Source: the human T2T-CHM13v2.0 reference genome, Homo sapiens. From it: a stretch of DNA of 64,000 nucleotides. Positions within the stretch are counted from its first letter, which is position 1. Every line of letters begins with the position of its first letter. The notes beneath the pieces were generated by a model. The model was not told the origin of the DNA. It saw only the letters and a program-made list of their open reading frames with translations, and did no database searches. Both the position numbers and the translations under genes were made by a program. The stretch lies in the NCBI RefSeq assembly GCF_009914755.1, contig NC_060930.1. One strand, given 5' to 3'. This document shows, piece by piece, positions 57,760 through 64,000 of the stretch.

Positions 57760-57760
<1 letters not shown>
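57385..57760 (+). mobile_element. LTR16-like (ERVL) LTR
   Basis: GGACAATTCTGAG..TTAAGCCCC..TTGCCCATAGTGG..CCTGGGATTAC. Confidence 0.65.
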
Positions 57761-59640
<1,880 letters not shown>

Positions 59641-59649
59641 CAATATTGG

Positions 59650-59975
<326 letters not shown>

Positions 59976-60049
59976 TAATAGTAAAAACTGGAGGCAATCT
60001 AAATGTTTACCATAAATAAGGCCACAAATAAACAAATAATAGTGTCCCC

Positions 60050-61440
60050 CTATGAACATGTGTAAAATTCCTCTGGGAAATATGAAGCATGAGATGTTGG
60101 GTCATAGGTACATACATATTGAATTTCACTAAACTTTTTCAGAATTCTTTCCAGAATGGCCCTACCAGTTAACACTCTAGACAGCCTGGTTCAAGAGTTC
60201 TCATTGTGCTATATCCTCACTAAAATTTGGTATTTTCTATTTTCTAATACTGTATTTGCTATTCTGATATGGAATCTAATTTTTATTTTAAACTTGCCTT
60301 TTTTGATTTGCATCTTTTCATATACTTGTTAGCTAGTCAGACTTACCTTTCTATAAAGTGCATAGCCATATCCTTTGTCCATTTGCCTATCGAGTTTCCT
60401 GTCTTTCTTATCACTATGCAAGATTTGTTTATATATTCTGTATGTTAACCCCTCATTGGACTTAGACATTATGGATATCTTTCCCGATCTGCCATCTTCT
60501 GTTAACTTTGTGATATCCTTCAAGTGAGAACAAAAAAAACCCTTAATTTTGTAGTAATCAATTTTCATCCTAAGGTTTGTGCTTTTGGAGTCTTATTTAT
60601 GTTTTTCCCCACTCTCAGGCCATAATTCCTTTAAGTAGTTTCAAGGTTTTATCTGTAGATTTTTTTGTGTGTGTTCTTTGAAAAGTTATTTCTTAGAAAC
60701 TTTACAGCTTTAGCCCCTATTATAGGTAGCATCTAATTTCCAATTACATTTTCTGCTTGGTTACTGCTGATAAAGATGAATGCTATCATTCTTATCTCCC
60801 AACAGTTCCAACAGTCTGCTCATTCCACTTATTTCTTATATATATAAAATCATAACATCTGCAAAGAATTTCAATTTCATCTCTTCATTTCCAATCCTGA
60901 TAACTCTTAATTCTTTTTCTCACATCATAGCATTGGTCAAACCTTCAGTATCATGTCAATTAGTAACAATCTTAAAGAGATCTTAATGAGAAGGGCAGTT
61001 TCCCCATTAACAAGATATTTGCTGAAGAATTTGTGATATATTGTCTTTATAAAATCAAGGAAATGCCTTTATATTTTGAATTTTATTATAGTTTTTATTA
61101 ACAAGAGGGGCTGAAGTTTTATCAAGTGTTTATTTCTACAGCAATTGATGTAATCATAGGATTTCTCCCTATTCCAAATATGTATCAATAACAGACTACA
61201 CTGATTCTCCATTGCTGAACCATCACATACTTCTGAACTCAAACCTAATTCATCATTGTTGGATTCAATTAGCCAATATTTCACTAGAATTTTCATAAGC
61301 ATATCTGTAAGTCTAATAAGCATGTAGTTTTTAAAAATTATCCTATTGGAATTTGAATCAGAATTGCCCTAGCCTCATAAAATGAGTCACCACTTTTCCA
61401 CATCCCCTCTTTTATGGAATAACTTGAATTGGCTGTTCAT
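60050..61440 (-). mobile_element. L1M fragments, reverse orientation
   Basis: T-rich L1 ORF2 antisense (CCTTTGTCCATTT, ATCATAACATCTGCAAA). Confidence 0.65.
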
Positions 61441-61479
61441 TCAATGTTTTGTAAGTCTCACTGTAAAACAGGATCATTT

Positions 61480-62100
61480 GTGCAATTTTGCAAGCTGACT
61501 CTAAAATTTCTATGGAAACGCAAAAAGTCAAGAAGATCCCAAAAAGAAAAAGAAGACAAGAGTATTTGCACTACTAGATATCTAGACTTACTTATGGAGC
61601 TATAGTAATTAAGAGACTATACAAGGACAGTAGACCAAGGCAGCACAATAGAAACAGACCCATGCACAGATGGACACTAAATAGATGACAGGTCAATTAA
61701 TCAATAGACAGGAAACATGCTCCTACCTCACAAAAGATATAAAAATACCTATTCCAGGTGGATTATAGATCTAAATGGGAAAACCAAAAATGTTTGAGAA
61801 GATAATATTGGAAAACATTTTCATGACTAAATGTTTTAAAAAAGATTTCTGCCATAGGACAAAAAAAGCACTAACACGGGTGAGGGGTATGTGGAAATCA
61901 TGGTCAAATGGTATAAAGTTTCAGTTATGCAAGATAAATAAGTTCTGGAGATCTACCAGACAATGTAGTGTCTATAGCTAACAGTATCCTATGTATACTT
62001 ATATTTAGTAAGAGGGTAGAACTTAGGATAAGTGTTCTTACCACAAAAAATAAAAATAATAATAAAGAGACAGCAGGAAACTTTGGGAGGTAATGAACAT
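61480..62100 (+). mobile_element. L1ME and L1MB-like 3' fragments
   Basis: GCTGACTCTAAAATT; GTTTCAGTTATGCAAGATAAATAAGTTCTGGAGATCT. Confidence 0.65.
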
Positions 62101-62375
62101 GTTTAAAATCAATTGATTATATGTGTGTAGGTCTCATTTCTTAAAGAGATTGCTTTACTTAATAATTTTATTAACAAGGTGTTAATATTTTATGCACAGA
62201 AATCCTGTCAGACAGATGTAACAAACTTCCTTTTCTAGCTTATGGCTCATGTTTTCCCTCTGTATACCTCTGAAACTTCCAGGCCTTTTCTGTGAATTGA
62301 GTAGATAGATTTTTCTTTTCTTTTTCTTTTTTTTTTTTTTTTTCCTGAAGTGTAATTTATAGAAATCAACTTTAC

Positions 62376-62667
<292 letters not shown>

Positions 62668-62954
62668 AGAAATAAACTTTACCTTTTTAAAGTTTAGTTT
62701 GATGTCTTTTTACAAATGCACACAGCCATGTGACCAGTACTACGATCCAGATACAGAACATTTTAATCATTCTAGAAAGTCCCCTGTGTCCTTTTGTAAA
62801 GTACTCCCTTAATCTTGAGCCCCTGATGACAACTGATCTGGTTTTTGTTCCAGTAATTTGGCCTTTTCTAAAATGTCATACAGTATGCTGTCTTTTGTGT
62901 CTTGCTTTTGAGGTTCTTTTATGTTGTTGCCTGTATCTTTATATTGCTGAATAG

Positions 62955-63458
<504 letters not shown>

Positions 63459-63583
63459 CAGCGACGCTCTTATACAAACATATTTGCATTACTAGCCCAG
63501 GCACCTTCATTCCTAAGTCTCTTTACCTGAGGCCTTGGGCAAAGATCTTCTTGTCAAAGCCTCCCTAAGAAGGGGAAACCTTG

Positions 63584-63986
<403 letters not shown>

Positions 63987-64000
63987 TCATTCACTGTACT

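Overview
Primate (human-like) genomic DNA, dominated by interspersed repeats, with no intact protein-coding gene, RNA gene or CRISPR array. 1-19.8 kb is a stack of + strand LINE-1s. An L1PA15/16-type element is interrupted by an AluY, by a full-length L1PB with a 16-bp TSD and by an MLT2A LTR; it is followed by a full-length L1PA7-type element inserted into an AluJ tail. The rest is Alu, MIR, MaLR, ERV LTR, MER DNA transposon and old L1M debris around islands of unique DNA. Read on the minus strand, those islands contain about 15 AG...GT-bounded segments (about 53.9 kb to 25.3 kb). Most join in consistent codon phase but carry stops and frameshifts, which points to an unidentified decayed intron-containing gene (candidate unitary pseudogene) with weak Tudor-like, winged-helix-like and hydrophobic segments. 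A second unusual object is a 185-bp fold-back palindrome at 22861-23045, built from two inverted LTR22/HERV-K(HML5)-like U3 ends and flanked by a 6-bp TSD. Repeat subfamily names are recalled by eye from consensus sequences, not from a database search.
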